Virus record (IMG/VR): IMGVR_UViG_3300031576_000004 | Span: 32,001-96,000 of that record | Origin: a virus | Reading direction: 5' to 3' (one strand) | DNA: 64,000 nucleotides | Shown here: piece by piece, positions 10,112 to 23,023 of the stretch | Numbering within the stretch: the first letter of the stretch is position 1 | How the letters are laid out: the number at the start of each line of letters is the position of its first letter | The notes under the pieces: model-generated | The model's database searches: none | What the model saw: only the letters and a program-made list of their open reading frames with translations | What the model was told of the DNA's origin: nothing | Position numbers and translations under genes: made by a program

Positions 10112-13100
10112 ATTTACCAAGCTACGCGGAGAACTCAGGAAGATGGATCCTAACCTGGATCCAAAGTCTGAGGACTTCAAGATGGCAGCCACCCTTCTCG
10201 CCTCAGCTGTTGTAGGCCCTAATGTGGGCCGGCTGAAGGCATTCACGAGGTACCCACTTGGATTACTTAAAAAGGTTTCTACTAGAATGCGTGAAAACGG
10301 TATTTTTGTTAAGGGCAAGTTACATGTCGAGTGGCTTGAGAAAGAGACTGGTGGCATCGCGTTTTGGCTCGATGTCGCTTGCGCCAAAGGCTATATTGCG
10401 AGGTCTACAGGAGACAATGGGAAAAAACAAATCTCAGCCAAAGCTTAGCTTCGATCAAATAGTGTTTCAGGAATTGGTGAGGAAATGGCAGAGCGAGATC
10501 GCTGTCATGTCCTTCGAGGATCAGAAACATCCTCTATTCCAGAAGATCGTTGGATACGGGCCTAAGGCTATTCCGTGGCTGTTCCAAGAATTAAGGGAAC
10601 GCCGGAGCCATAGACTTATAGCGCCACTATGGTTCTTGTTAGAGAAACGGAAGCAATTCGTTCAGGTTCCAGCAGAAGAGCAAGGGATTGTGAATGTAAT
10701 GGTTAATCGTTACGTAGACTGGGGTAAAGCCAACGGATATCTATGAGGATGACAACCCAATGGAACACAACAATATAATCCTATGCCAAGCGACAAGAGT
10801 GAGTCGCCCAAGGGTGGCCGGATCTATCACGGCGAAATGTGATGATTGCTCTGAAGATGTATGGATCTCCTCAGCCGTAAAAGAAGCTGCAGAAAGCATT
10901 GGTAATTCCAAGATCGTATGCATCGGATGTGGCTTTCTTCTTATGATTAAAGATGACGGATCCGAAAAGGCGATCGTCACACCAGAGCAGTCTTCAATTA
11001 ACGCTTTTATTAGAAGAAAGAGGGCCGACAATAACTCTCCTTTCAGCAACATCAGCAATATCAGCAATAATAGAAACAATAGCTAATCCAAGATATCCAT
11101 TGCTTACTCTACTTACTCTGTGTAATATCCCGTCCGTGTTTAAACCTCTTTTGAAAGGGCAGTTGTTTCTTACATGCATGCAGAGAACGAAAAGCTACGC
11201 AAGGAATGCGCGGACCTACACAGACAGCTTGAAAAGGCTCGGCACGAGATCGACAAACTCCATCTGGAGATCTGTGATCATCGGCAGATCATAATCAGGC
11301 TAGAGGGGCAGCTTTCAAGCCACATGCCGATTATGGTTCCAAGGCCAACAGACGCTGACTTTCGGCCGGCAGTAATGCTGGCCTAGGAGCTCTAATGTTT
11401 AATGTGACCGAAAGGCTCGCTGCCATCGAGCTATCCAAGAAGGCAGCGCCTGAGGATGTTCGTTGGCTAATAGACACGATAAAAGAAGTCAGTGCGGACA
11501 ACGCAAAGCTGGCCTCTGCGTTAGATAAATGGCAAAACCCACATAGCGAGGCATGGGATGCCCCAGAACCTAAAAAACGAGATTCGTGATCAGATACGCG
11601 ACGCCTTCCTAGAAGGGCTTACAAGTGGGGGACTGCTGTCTCTCAGAGTCCATTCAAACTTTGCACACCCAGAGGCAGAGGCAATACTAGAGAAATACGG
11701 CTGCATCTGGCGTTACATTGGCCTTGGGCCACCCATGGGAGTTAATACATCCGATGTGCTCCCCCTGTGGCTGGATGACCCACTGCCAATGATTGAAAGC
11801 GTTCAGAAGCAAGGGATGCGAATGACGCTGGATCTATATCTCTACACAGCAAATAATGTTGGCGTTATAACTAATGTTTGGCCTGCAGACGGACCACCAA
11901 TATTGGCATCATGAAAGGAACAACATGAAATATGAAGTAAGTGTCACAAAGTACCCAGAGCTCGACGAAAAAAAGGGCAAGGGGAAAACATGGGTCGTAG
12001 AGGCCCCAGACAAGTTCCAGGCTGGCATCTGGCTTGAGAAACAGCTGGCTGCTCTTGGCCTGGATCCTGCTGGCGGGAAGCACCATGTAGAGGTCTTTAT
12101 GCCAGAGCTAAAGGAGCCCGCCAATGAAGTTTGAGATCAGTCTGGACGCAATCATAACCCTGTCTATTGCATCGCTCTTGTGCCTAGCTGTCTATGGGTG
12201 CACAAGCGTCTATGTTACTCGCGAGGCCAACAATCCTGGCCACGTGGCTGCAGAAACAAAGTCGGTCTACGGAAAATGACTTTCGTAGATCCGATGGATC
12301 GCGCCACATACCGCAAGAGAGCTGGAAAGCATCAGTGCAATATCGCGATTGATAATATGGAAGGCTCTGGGCACTGCGGAATAGAGCTCTACTGCTCTCT
12401 CTGCCAAAAGAGATACACCAAGCAAAACAGGAGAATCGGGAGCATTCTCACGATAATCCAAAAGCACAACGAATGGAAAGGTGGAGAACGCGTGAAACAT
12501 GAATTCAGAATGCTCCTGAATGTAAAATGAAGAAAAAGAAACCCTACGAAATCCGCCTTAACGATGACGGATCCCTAGATGAAATTGTTGCCAAGAACGC
12601 CAATGTCCACCTAGAGCAAATGAGCAATAACAGCTGGATCCTTCTTATCGATACGGGCAAGAAACATATCCAGGTATCTCTATACACAAAGGGCAGAGCA
12701 GCTATCCATGCCTTCGCAGAAGAAGATTCCTGATAGGTTCAAAATCGGAGATGTCGTCCGATTAAATCCAAAAAAAGTCAGTGCTCAGACCGTTATCGAG
12801 AAATGGGGAGAATACTGGCAGGTTGTTAATTTGCAGCTGCTGCACAAGCGAAACAAGCACGTCGCCCTGGCAATCACTGATCTAGAGCTGACGCTTTCCC
12901 CATTCACTATGGACAAGAAACAACCAAACGCCAAGCGCGTGCCAAAGAAGCCGCAGCACCCATTCATAGGGATAAAAGAAATGGATGACTACGATTTTGA
13001 TATCGTTGATCTGTGGTGTTTCATGATGCCTATAACGAATGCGGAGGGATAAATGAGCGAGATTAGATATCTCGAGGACCCAGACATCATGGCCGCAGAG

Positions 13101-13393
13101 GCCGTCAAAAAGGCCCTTCTGAGCGATCCAAACGCCACCCTGAGCACTTTGATCATCCAGACAAGGAGAGAGGCTAGAAAGCAGCTTCTTGACTCAATGC
13201 TATGGGAAATTAGCGATAGGTATGACGGCTGGGACAAACCACATGTTGGAGACGAGCGATTTAGAAGCGCTGGACGCCAGGCTCTGTCTGGCCTATTCCA
13301 CCACTTTTGGAGACACCCAAAGGCCGATGAACTTGTCCTCGGCGAGAAGCTAATTGATCCAGGAAAGCATTATATGCACGGGCTGTTCTATTA

Positions 13394-13693
13394 ATGGTTC
13401 ACAGTAAGAGCCAGAGCAGGTCCAAGCAATACCCAGAGAAGGTCTACGACGTTTGGCTTAGAGAGAAAGGTATCTGCTGGTTATGCCAATTAAAGGTGCC
13501 ATTTAAGACCGCTATTCACGGTCTGCGCCCAACCAGAGAGCATGTTAGACAGGCCAGAGATGGCGGATCTAATATGCCCGAGAATATCAAGCTTACGCAC
13601 CTGTCGTGCAACTCAATGCGCGACCATTACTCAGATTACGAAATGAGAGACAAAATTAGAGCCCTCGCTGCTCACAGCGGGACGGAGGTTTAA
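13394..13693 (+). CDS. Small HNH endonuclease
   Basis: CWLC...TREHV...GGSN...NIKLTHLSCN. Confidence 0.7.
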   Translation: MVHSKSQSRSKQYPEKVYDVWLREKGICWLCQLKVPFKTAIHGLRPTREHVRQARDGGSNMPENIKLTHLSCNSMRDHYSDYEMRDKIRALAAHSGTEV

Positions 13694-13974
13694 CCAATGA
13701 TTAAAGTTAAGTTTGATGGATACGCCTTTGGCGAAAGAACGCTTGAGGGAATGTCCTTCATCGGCGAAGTCGATGATAAGGGCAAGATCAAAAAGGTATA
13801 CGTTGCCCCTGCCGATGACGGCGACTATTGGCAGGAACAGAATACGAAGCTCTGGCTGAAGAGGGCAGAAGAGCACCTAGAACACATCCTGGAAGAAGGA
13901 TTCCAAGGAGATCCAGACATAACTGTAAAACAGGCCATTGAAGAAATGATTGACGTTGGAGAATTGGAAGCAGC

Positions 13975-14244
13975 ATGAGACCCGAAGTAGCCTGGTTCGC
14001 TGAACAGATGGAAAAGAAACTTCTAGCCAACGATCATAAAGGCGGCTGGGACAAGATGTCCTATGAAGAGTTAAAGTCTCGCCTCATTGAGGAGACTGGC
14101 GAACTCATCGGAGCTCTATACAGCAAGGATCCAAAACGCATTATCGACGAGGCTACAGACGTTGCTAACTTCTGCATGTTCATCAGTGATGTAGCCAAAA
14201 AGACAGAAGGGGAAGGCAATGAAGCTAACCAAGAAGAATCTTGA
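13975..14244 (+). CDS. MazG-like all-alpha NTP pyrophosphohydrolase
   Basis: LIEETGEL...IIDEATDVANFCMFI acidic helices. Confidence 0.55.
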   Translation: MRPEVAWFAEQMEKKLLANDHKGGWDKMSYEELKSRLIEETGELIGALYSKDPKRIIDEATDVANFCMFISDVAKKTEGEGNEANQEES

Positions 14245-15073
14245 GGCATATCTCGATAAGCGTATTGGCATCCTAGAGAGACAGATCGGCAAGATCGAAG
14301 ATGTAATGGGCGATGACGATCAGGACTTTAGAGCCTGCGAAAACGAGAGAGACACAAAACAATTGCTGGTAGACGAACTCAGGACTATCAGCACAAAATT
14401 CACATGTGGAGATTAAATGCCAAGAGAGCCAAAAAAGCCAAGACCGCTAGACGCTAACGGAGATCCGGTATTTACGAAGGAAGAGCTCGCTAAAATATAT
14501 AAGGCAGAGCTGGATGATGTTCTGCCAGACTGGCCATTCTCAAAGAAAGACCTCGCCGAGATCGATGCCGACATGGGCGGCGGATGTCTTCACATGATCG
14601 GCGAACTCTTGGGAACTATGGAATGCAAACACGGCTTAGGAGCCCATAAAGACTCAACTCCAGCCATGATGTACCCAGAGTGGATCGTATGCTGCGTGCG
14701 TAAGGCCCTTGAGAAGCAGCGCGAAAGAGATGCTGATGCAGCCAAGTTTTACGCTCTTGGCGTTTCAATTGCATGCAAAGATGAAGCACTGAAGTCAAAA
14801 TTCGAGATTATGGCGCTAGCGTTGAAGGCGCATATAACGGGACAGTCGCTACATCCAGATTACATCCCAAAGCCAAAGGTTAAAAACAATGAACAAGCCC
14901 CAGCTATCGGAGGCTAATGTACGAGCCATCCTTGGCTACGCTGTAGCTGCCAGGGATCAGAAGCTGAGATATATCACACACAAGAATATCGAACTTCTCT
15001 GTCGTGAAGTTCTAGAATCACGAGGCGTTAACGCTGAGACAGCCGCAGAACGCTTCTGGAAGGAAGGTAGAAA

Positions 15074-15649
15074 ATGTCGATCATCGTAGTAGACGTAGAG
15101 TCCGACGGGCCTATCCCTGGCAAAGACCATTTCTCCATGGTGTGCCTTGGAGCTGTCTTATTGGACGAGAAGCTTGATAAGACCTTCTATGGCCAGATGA
15201 GGCCAATCTCTGATAAGTGGGATCCAGAAGCTTTGGCCATATCTGGGTTCACCAGGGAGCAGCATCTAACCTTCCCAGATCCGCAATTGACCATGCAGCA
15301 GTTTGCTACGTGGATTCAGGTTAATAGCATAAAGCATCCTGTCTTTATTGCTGATAACCCAGCTTACGATTTCGCCTGGGTTAATTGGTACTTCCATGCA
15401 TTCTATGGATCTAATCCATTCGGTTACTCTGGCCGACGGATTGCTGATCTATGGTGTGGAATGCAGAAGGATATGCATGCCAAATGGAAGCACCTCAGAC
15501 AAACTCGTCATTCTCATAATCCAGTCGACGATGCCCGCGGGAACGCTGAGGCCTTGCTTGAAATGCAGAGGCTCGGCTTGAACTTCGACAGGAAGGCTAA
15601 GGCAGCATCCAGCACCAGCATCGCTGCTGGTATCGCTAGCCCAGGCTAG
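15074..15649 (+). CDS. DEDDh 3'-5' exonuclease
   Basis: VDVESDG, ADNPAYDF and HNPVDDA motifs. Confidence 0.85.
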   Translation: MSIIVVDVESDGPIPGKDHFSMVCLGAVLLDEKLDKTFYGQMRPISDKWDPEALAISGFTREQHLTFPDPQLTMQQFATWIQVNSIKHPVFIADNPAYDFAWVNWYFHAFYGSNPFGYSGRRIADLWCGMQKDMHAKWKHLRQTRHSHNPVDDARGNAEALLEMQRLGLNFDRKAKAASSTSIAAGIASPG

Positions 15650-15782
15650 AACTCAGAGCAATTAAAGACCAGCGCCTTGCATTGTTCACAACGAACTTTG
15701 CACTGTGCGCTGGTCAGCTTGGTAGATCCACATACTGGGCATGTGGTATCAACCTTAGCCTTATAATCTGTATTTTCTTTAG

Positions 15783-16301
15783 CTATTTGAATCTCTGCGT
15801 GATAGCGCGGATCTTGGAGACGATTGACTTTGCAATGGGTCCAGGGCGCTCGATTTCGGCCTTCAGGATGTTCAAAGCGCCTGGGTTGGTCGTTACAGCC
15901 ACGTTGCCAGCACGAATGCCTCTAATGGCCTTATTTAGCCTGCTCAGCAATGTAGATCTAATAGCCACATTGCTAATAGCATACTTGTTCATTAGCTTTT
16001 CTTTAAGTTTAATCCTGCGCCTGTCCTGGACAGAGGCGGTCTTTTCTTTCTGGCTAGACGTAATGGCCTGAGCCGTGGATTGCCCAGCCTCTCTGAATAG
16101 CCTGTTAAAGTCGTCCTCAGAGATCACAAAGTACCTGCCAGCCTTTCGGATGTGCTGGGTAATAGCCAGCTTCTCTATTAGCCCGTCATGCGCCGGCGTC
16201 CACATGGCCAAGATTCTATCCCGTTTAGGGTATAAGAGCAAGATACCTAACAATAACTTTAGGAGGACATATGAACGCAGAATTTGAGTTCTACTTGGCA
16301 A
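15783..16301 (-). CDS. Hypothetical protein (KxA-motif); start probably internal (MWTPAH)
   Basis: Lone minus-strand ORF with IEKLAI and EKTASV. Confidence 0.45.
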   Translation of the reverse strand: MPSRTQILRSYVLLKLLLGILLLYPKRDRILAMWTPAHDGLIEKLAITQHIRKAGRYFVISEDDFNRLFREAGQSTAQAITSSQKEKTASVQDRRRIKLKEKLMNKYAISNVAIRSTLLSRLNKAIRGIRAGNVAVTTNPGALNILKAEIERPGPIAKSIVSKIRAITQRFK

Positions 16302-18311
16302 GGCTTTACCGCAGGCCCAACAGTGAAGGCTGGCTTTTCACGGTCTGCGAGATCCAGAGATTTGATACAGATGCTCATTTTACCCTGCTTGGATTCGGAA
16401 GAATCAGGGGCAAGTACACCATAGGTATTATGGCGTAATGAAGATCCGCATGTGGGACGTCGGCCGTAACAAATGGAAAGGTGTTATCGATTGCAAGTTC
16501 CCTGGAGACCCTGCCATAGATGTTATTAAAGAAGCCAGAAAACACCTGGCTAGCAGGGATATCGATGTTTCAGATCCAGAGTCAACAGAGCCTGGGTTAA
16601 TATTCGCGGGCGTTAGAGCCGTTGGAAAATGGGAGATTATCAATGAATAGACCAGAAGATATCCCGCCAGATGTTAAGGGTCGTTTTGAATTCCTGGTTC
16701 GCGTGGACAAACTTTTAGACGACAAAGTTCGTGTCCTACTTATGTCTCCGGTGCCTGGAAAGATCCCATTCGAGGTCTTGATGCCAGCAACTGAATACAT
16801 GATTAACGTCGCTGCACAGGAATCAAACGCTGGCTACGAGAAAGCCATGGAATTGCTCTGTAAGGGAGCTATGACATACCGGAACCTTCTGAAGGACGGG
16901 GAGGTCACCAAGGAAGGGTACAAGGAGGGATTCGATGGAGATCGATAAACAGGCCTCCGTTGACGCCGACTGGCTTCTAAATAATCCAGACAAAACATTA
17001 GGATCTCAATACCACGATGCTGGATCCTGCTGGCAGTTAATCGATGCGTTTCGTTATAGGTTTATCCTTCTCCGAGAAGCCTTCAAGCAGCACTGGGATC
17101 ACATGGGCTATAACAAGGACGACAGAAAGTTCGAAGCCGCCCCCATGGAACAACGAGCCATGTTAATGATCGACGACCTCAGATGGAAGAAGGTCGATCA
17201 ATACAGACACGCAATAAAAGAGATAGAGAGCGGCCTTTCTATTCACCTAGACACAGCCTCTCCAGACCTAATGAAGCGCGTTATTCAGGTTACTAGAGAA
17301 GCGGCGGATAAGATCCTTAAGGAAGCGGAATGATGGATATAGTCTTAATATCAGTAGGCTTTATCCTCGGCTTCTTTGTCGGCGGCGAAGTCCGTATGTG
17401 GGTCCATAGCCTAGCAAAGAAACACGCAGACAGAGATTATGGCCACAGATGCACAGGAGAGCACGACTGCAAAGGATGCGAAGACTACCTCAAGGAGCCA
17501 AAATGATCTACGCAGAGAAGATCGCACTAGAAGAGCTTACGAAGCAATTAGACGGCCTTGTATCCAAGCCACGGACTCTGCGCGTGCATCTCGAGGATGC
17601 GAACGGGCAGCTAGTGTCTGTACAAGCTGGAACTAAGATCAACCAGGAGCTTCTAACAGAAACCTCATGGTTCAAGGATCTCAGGGACCTGGCTGGGAAG
17701 CTCAGCAACATCGCAAGCGCTGGATTTACTACGACCCATGAAATCAACGAAATGAGGGCTAAATGATGCATAAGATCGTTCTAATAGCTCAGCTAATCGG
17801 CTGCGTTGTATTCTCGTTCTTCGCGGCTAGCTTCTTTCCTGCTGCCAGGGCAAAGGACATGCTCATTGGCGGCATAGTCGTAATCGCGGTTGGGGCGTTC
17901 GTAGCAGCCATGAACGTTAGAGAAAAGTAATGACTCCAATTAACCAATATAGAATGTTTGTGAGGGCTCTTCAGAAGATGGAAGAAAACCACCCCGCAAG
18001 AGAGGCGATGCTAAGCGCCATGGACAAACTGTGGTACTCGTTGAGCAATCAAGAACACGCAAGGCTAGACCGATATCCAAAGGCCAGGAAGCAAAGAAAA
18101 CAGGAGAAACATTCATGATGATCGGAATCCAAGTTGGAGCATCAAAGGAAACCGTTGCCCAGGCCAGGGCGCTTATTCTTTCGATCCTGAGCTCAGACTC
18201 AGACGAAGCAACAAAGCAGGTCGCCCTTACTGCTGCAGTCGGGATCTGCGAGGTTAAGAACGCCACAGTCCAGAACTGCACAGTTAATGGCGGGAATCCG
18301 AAGAAGAAGTA

Positions 18312-18668
18312 ATGAGCTACGACATCTATCTAAAAGACCCAGTAACAAATGAAGTCTGCACTCTCAGCGAGCCTCACCACATGCGCGGCGGAACCTATGC
18401 GCTTGGTGGCACCACGGAATGCCACCTGAATATCACTTATAACTATAGTAATATCCTTCAAAACGTCCTCGGGAAAGATGGCGTCAGATCCATCTACGGA
18501 AAGACCGGAGCTGACAGCATTTCTCTTCTTGAGGAAGCCATAAGCAAGCTAAAAGACGATGTCGACGAGGACTATTGGAAACCGACTGAAGGCAATACTA
18601 AGAGATCGTTGCTGCAATTAGTAGCATTGGGCAAGATGAGGCCAGACGGGATATGGAATGGCGACTAA
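18312..18668 (+). CDS. Conserved phage hypothetical protein
   Basis: MSYDIYL...LNITYNY...YWKPTEGN pattern, recalled as common in phages. Confidence 0.55.
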   Translation: MSYDIYLKDPVTNEVCTLSEPHHMRGGTYALGGTTECHLNITYNYSNILQNVLGKDGVRSIYGKTGADSISLLEEAISKLKDDVDEDYWKPTEGNTKRSLLQLVALGKMRPDGIWNGD

Positions 18669-20476
18669 TATTAAATGTAGCGCTGTTGGGTGCAAGAATA
18701 GGTGGATGGAGCACGCCCCAGTATATAGCCTGCGTAAGAAACAAGCCTTTACGTTTAGACTCTGCGAGCGATGCTGGATGATTTACGAGGACTACCGGTT
18801 TGAGGAGAAGCAAAGAGAGTTTAACGAAGACGAGCTCGCAATCGCCAAGGTTAGAGCAGCCACAAGCGATGAGCACGGCTGCCGTCATGATTACGGCATA
18901 ATGTCGCGCCATATCAGAAAGGCCTTAGATGTTAAATCAGACGCAAAAGCGTTGTGGTGTAAAAACTGCGGAAAGGCTTTGGTGTTAAAGAAAAATGCCT
19001 AGCATATGTTATCACTGCGGGAAGACAAATCCAACTGACCAACAACCATTCATAAAGTCTGCTAATATCGATGGCGAGATCCAGGGGCTTGGCTTTAGCG
19101 GCGAGCAAAAACATCTAGAGCTCTCATTCCAGTACGGCAATCCGAACTACTTCCTTATCCGCCTGGTATCAGAGAAGGGCTGGAAGGCTCTGAGCCGCTC
19201 GTTCCCTCGTGCCATTATCCCGATGCTGATTAAAGTCCTACAAGAGGGCATTAAGGATAAGCACATCCCAAAGGCAGAGGTGTGCGAGCATAAGCCAGAA
19301 GCTAAACCTATACCAGTGGTGAGCTAATGGAAGTCGACAAGTTCGAAGAGATCATGATGGCTGCTATCGACGAAGCCGAAAAGATTAAGTGCCCTCTAGA
19401 GGACTACTATAAGGGCCTACAGGCTATGCGCAGCTGCATACAGGAGCGCATTGACGGCGTGGCTAGCGAGCTAGGACATCCGTAATGTGGGGAGTTAACT
19501 ACGTAATAGCCACGGCCGCCTGCTATTGTCACACTGGGACAGCTAAGAACTGTCCATATCATGCTCCGACTGGCGAGTTTGAATACGACCCAGACGTTAT
19601 CTCTAATACCGCTTCCTGTGGGCCTGAGCCAGCGCCAGTGCCTGTAGAGCCCGAGAAGCCAAAGTTCCAGATAAATCGCCTACAGATGCCCAAGCTGCCT
19701 AAGGCGATGCCAGTGTGGCAGCGAGCACCTATTAGGCTGTGTTCCAGATCCTCAATCTAGGAGTAATCATGAACAAGATCGGATGGACAAGTAAGCGCCG
19801 CGGAATTAAGGTCAGCATTGATAACCCGAACGACGAAATGAAGCTTCTTTGCCGTGACCACTTCCGTGAGGCTATTGACGACATGCTCCAGGAGTCTCTC
19901 GCAAAGGTGAGCGAGGGCCTTAAGAGCCTAAAGCCTGGCGAGAAGCGTGTCATGCAGTTCGCTCCCATGGTCGTCACAATCGAACGCCCGAAGGCAGAAA
20001 GAAAGAAGGCGAAGACCAATGAAGCGTAACGCGACTATTAAGGCGTCAGACAAAGACACAACGATCACTGTTGATATACAGGTCGAAAGCGTTGACAGTC
20101 TTACTAGGGGCGAGGTCGAGGTGGCTAAGGACTCTCTCGTTGACGCTGTCATGAGAACTCTAAATAACGGGAACGTTAGGTATTTCGCTGTCCCGCTTGG
20201 ATCCATCAATGTCAAAGCCTAAGTACAGCAAGATCTATTGGGTAGCCTGGTGGGTCATCACAAAGAAAAAGAGGTTTATCAGCGAGCACAGCAGCGAGAA
20301 GCTGGCCATGAAGCGCATGGATGAAATCATGGCTCGCAAGCGCCAATGGGGAATTCCAGCGAGTCTTGAGGTCGTTGAGGTTCATGGCTCAACAACAAAA
20401 CTCGGAAAGAAACTCGTGATTATAGACGATTCCATCTGCCAGGGCTGTGGCGGCAGAGGAAGGGAGTGCATCTGTA

Positions 20477-20764
20477 ATGACTGAGAAGACACCACCATGT
20501 GAGCATGAATACGGCGATCTCAAGCTAATCAACCGCAAGGAAGATAGATGGTCGAAGCTCTGCAATAAGTGTGGCAGAGATCAAGACGACGTGGCAATGG
20601 ATGCATTCCGACCTGAGCAGATCACCTTTATCCAATGTGGCTCTAAATGCGAGCACGAATATGGCGAGCTAAAACTCATAGATAAAAAGAAAGATCTGTG
20701 GACAAACTACTGCAAGAAATGTGGAAGAGACGCCATGGACATCGCACTTGAGGAGTTTAAGTAA
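20477..20764 (+). CDS. Small protein with a duplicated CxHxY...CxKCG module
   Basis: Two internal copies visible in the protein. Confidence 0.6.
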   Translation: MTEKTPPCEHEYGDLKLINRKEDRWSKLCNKCGRDQDDVAMDAFRPEQITFIQCGSKCEHEYGELKLIDKKKDLWTNYCKKCGRDAMDIALEEFK

Positions 20765-21129
20765 TGGTCAAGCAGGTCATCGTGATTAGAAAAGACTTGC
20801 GTATGAGGCGCGGCAAAGAGATCGCTCAGGGAGCTCATGCTGCAATGGCGTGGATGACTAATAGAGCCAGGAAGGGATATCATTATTTCTCCCCAGAAGA
20901 AGAGGCCTGGATTAATGGTCCATTCACCAAGATTTGTCTACAGGTCAACTCTCTTCCTGAGCTTAATGCCGTCTATGTATCAGCGCTAGAAGCTGGCCTT
21001 ACAACCGAGCTAATAATCGATAGCGGAGCCACTGAGTTCAACAATGTTCCGACAGAGACCTGCTGCGCCATCGGCCCTCACGAAGCCTCAAAGATCGATG
21101 CTATCACAGGACACCTAAAACTCTATTAA
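20764..21129 (+). CDS. pth2: Peptidyl-tRNA hydrolase type 2
   Basis: KQVIVIRKDLRMRRGKEIAQGAHA, KICLQV, IIDSGATEF, TCCAIGP and ITGHLKL match the Pth2 signature. Confidence 0.92.
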   Translation: MVKQVIVIRKDLRMRRGKEIAQGAHAAMAWMTNRARKGYHYFSPEEEAWINGPFTKICLQVNSLPELNAVYVSALEAGLTTELIIDSGATEFNNVPTETCCAIGPHEASKIDAITGHLKLY

Positions 21130-21422
21130 GAGGAGCCAATGACTGCCGAAGAGTGGGAAGCCCGCGTAAACATGATGGACAGGCTCAAGTGCATGCATCA
21201 TCCGGAACTGTTTATTGCCGAGATAGACTGCAAGAGATGCCTACTTGAGCTTGTTCTCAGTGTGGCTGAAATACATATTGCCCAAGGGCTAGCTCAAGGC
21301 AGGAAAGAGGCTGAAGATGAGTTCTACGATAAGCATCCAGACACCACATGGGATGAATATGAAGAAGTCGCATTTGGCAGCAGGATTCATATGTCGAAAA
21401 CTAAACAAAAGAGGAAAAAGGA

Positions 21423-21788
21423 ATGAGGCTAGCGATAGTTGGCTCTGTATCCCTCGCCGGAAACGACGAGGCAATAAAGCTGATCGGAAGCCTGCTGGAC
21501 GAGCTAAAGCCTGACACCGTAATCTCTGGCGGCGCTGTTGGCATAGACAGCATGGCCGCTCTTGCTGCTATAGCCAGAGGTATATTTCTAGTGCAGCGCT
21601 TCCCCAAGAATCAAAGATGGGCACCAGAAGGCTTCAAAGACAGAAACCTTCTGATCGCCCAAGACTGTGACATGCTAATTAGAATCGCAGACCCTAAATC
21701 AAAAACTTACGGCTCAGGCTGGACAATGAACCAGGCTAAGAAGCTTGGCAAGCCGACTCGTGAGATATTTGTGGAGAATAAACAATGA
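21423..21788 (+). CDS. SLOG/YspA-like (DUF2493-type) nucleotide-binding protein
   Basis: AIVGS...ISGGAVGIDSMA...RNLLIA...SGWTMNQAKKLGKP. Confidence 0.7.
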   Translation: MRLAIVGSVSLAGNDEAIKLIGSLLDELKPDTVISGGAVGIDSMAALAAIARGIFLVQRFPKNQRWAPEGFKDRNLLIAQDCDMLIRIADPKSKTYGSGWTMNQAKKLGKPTREIFVENKQ

Positions 21789-22192
21789 GATGCAAACATG
21801 GAGATCTGGTTGCAGTCGCCTATAACGATGCCCAGAGATGTGAATTTGGAATGTATCTTGGGAGAACATCTGGAATAGTGGCACATGGTGTATTTCTGTT
21901 CGAATCAAATAGGGTTGCAAACTTAGATGGCATGTCTCAAGTCCAGCACGTATTCGGCAATATCGACGACTTCACGCTAAAAGGTAACGGGATGACCGGT
22001 TATATCGAAGGTGCTGGAGAGATGACGTCAAAGCTTTGGCTAAAAGCAATGAAGAAGGAATCCTTCAAAGGCGAGAACAAGCAAGCCAGGCGCATGGCCA
22101 AAGAGATCGAGACAAAGATGAATGCCAACATCATCGCTGACATAAAGCGAAGAATGAAAATCAACCCGCGCAGCGTGAGATAAGGAGATTAA

Positions 22193-23023
22193 ATGAAGCC
22201 ATACCTGTGCATTTATCACGGCTCGTGTTTAGACGGGTTCTCTGCCGCCTGGGTTGTCCGTAAGGCCCTAGGCGAAGAGAACGTTGATTTCTTCCATGGC
22301 GTATATCAGCAGACGCCGCCTGACTGTAAAGGACGCGACGTGATCTTCGTAGACTTCTGCTACAGGCGCGAGATCATGCAACAGATCGTTATAGACTCTA
22401 AGTCTGTGCTAGTCCTCGATCACCATAAGTCAGCTCAAGATGAAATGTCGAATGTTCTGTTCAGAGCCAGCACCGATAAGGTCTTCTTCGATATGGAGCA
22501 TTCGGGTGCTGTACTGGCCTGGATTCATTTCTTCACTCCAGGGACAACGCCGATCCTGTTGAACCTAATCGAGGACAGGGATCTTTGGAAGTTTAAATGG
22601 CCGCTGACTCGAGAGGTTAATGCCGCAATGTTCTCTTATGAATACACCTTTGAGAACTGGGACAAGCTAATGAAGATGCAGCAAGACACCCTGGCCACAG
22701 AAGGTGCGGCCATCGACCGCAAGCACCACAAGGACATCGACGAGCTACTCAAGGTGGTGTGCCGACCCATGGTAATTGGCGGTATAAGGGTATTAGTAGC
22801 CAATCTACCATATACGATGGGCACTGACGCTGCTGTCAAGCTCATCGAGCAAGGCCAGCCATTTGGTGCCTATTGCTACGATGTTCCAGATGGCAGAGTC
22901 TTTGGGCTCAGATCCACAGACGCCGGCCCTGACGTAAGCGAGATTGCAAAGCAGTATGGCGGCGGTGGACATCGTAATGCCGCAGGTTTCAGAGTCAAAA
23001 TTGGATGGGTTGAGGAGGTTTAA
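22193..23023 (+). CDS. DHH/DHHA1 phosphoesterase
   Basis: YHGSCLDG, FVDF, LDHH, IEDRDLW and GGGGHRNAAGF. Confidence 0.9.
   Translation: MKPYLCIYHGSCLDGFSAAWVVRKALGEENVDFFHGVYQQTPPDCKGRDVIFVDFCYRREIMQQIVIDSKSVLVLDHHKSAQDEMSNVLFRASTDKVFFDMEHSGAVLAWIHFFTPGTTPILLNLIEDRDLWKFKWPLTREVNAAMFSYEYTFENWDKLMKMQQDTLATEGAAIDRKHHKDIDELLKVVCRPMVIGGIRVLVANLPYTMGTDAAVKLIEQGQPFGAYCYDVPDGRVFGLRSTDAGPDVSEIAKQYGGGGHRNAAGFRVKIGWVEEV

Noticed and set aside
11044-11120. Short repeats CAGCAAYAT and CTTACTCT
   Set aside because: Only 2-3 copies, partly coding (SNISNISN); they do not follow the pentamer-array grammar.
15646-15790. Minus-strand CPVCG...CEQC zinc-ribbon reading frame
   Set aside because: It looks protein-like, but I found no in-frame start codon before the upstream stop, so I cannot support it as a gene.
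22781-22789. GGTATAAG inside the DHH gene
   Set aside because: Lies mid-CDS, far from a gene start; probably a chance occurrence.
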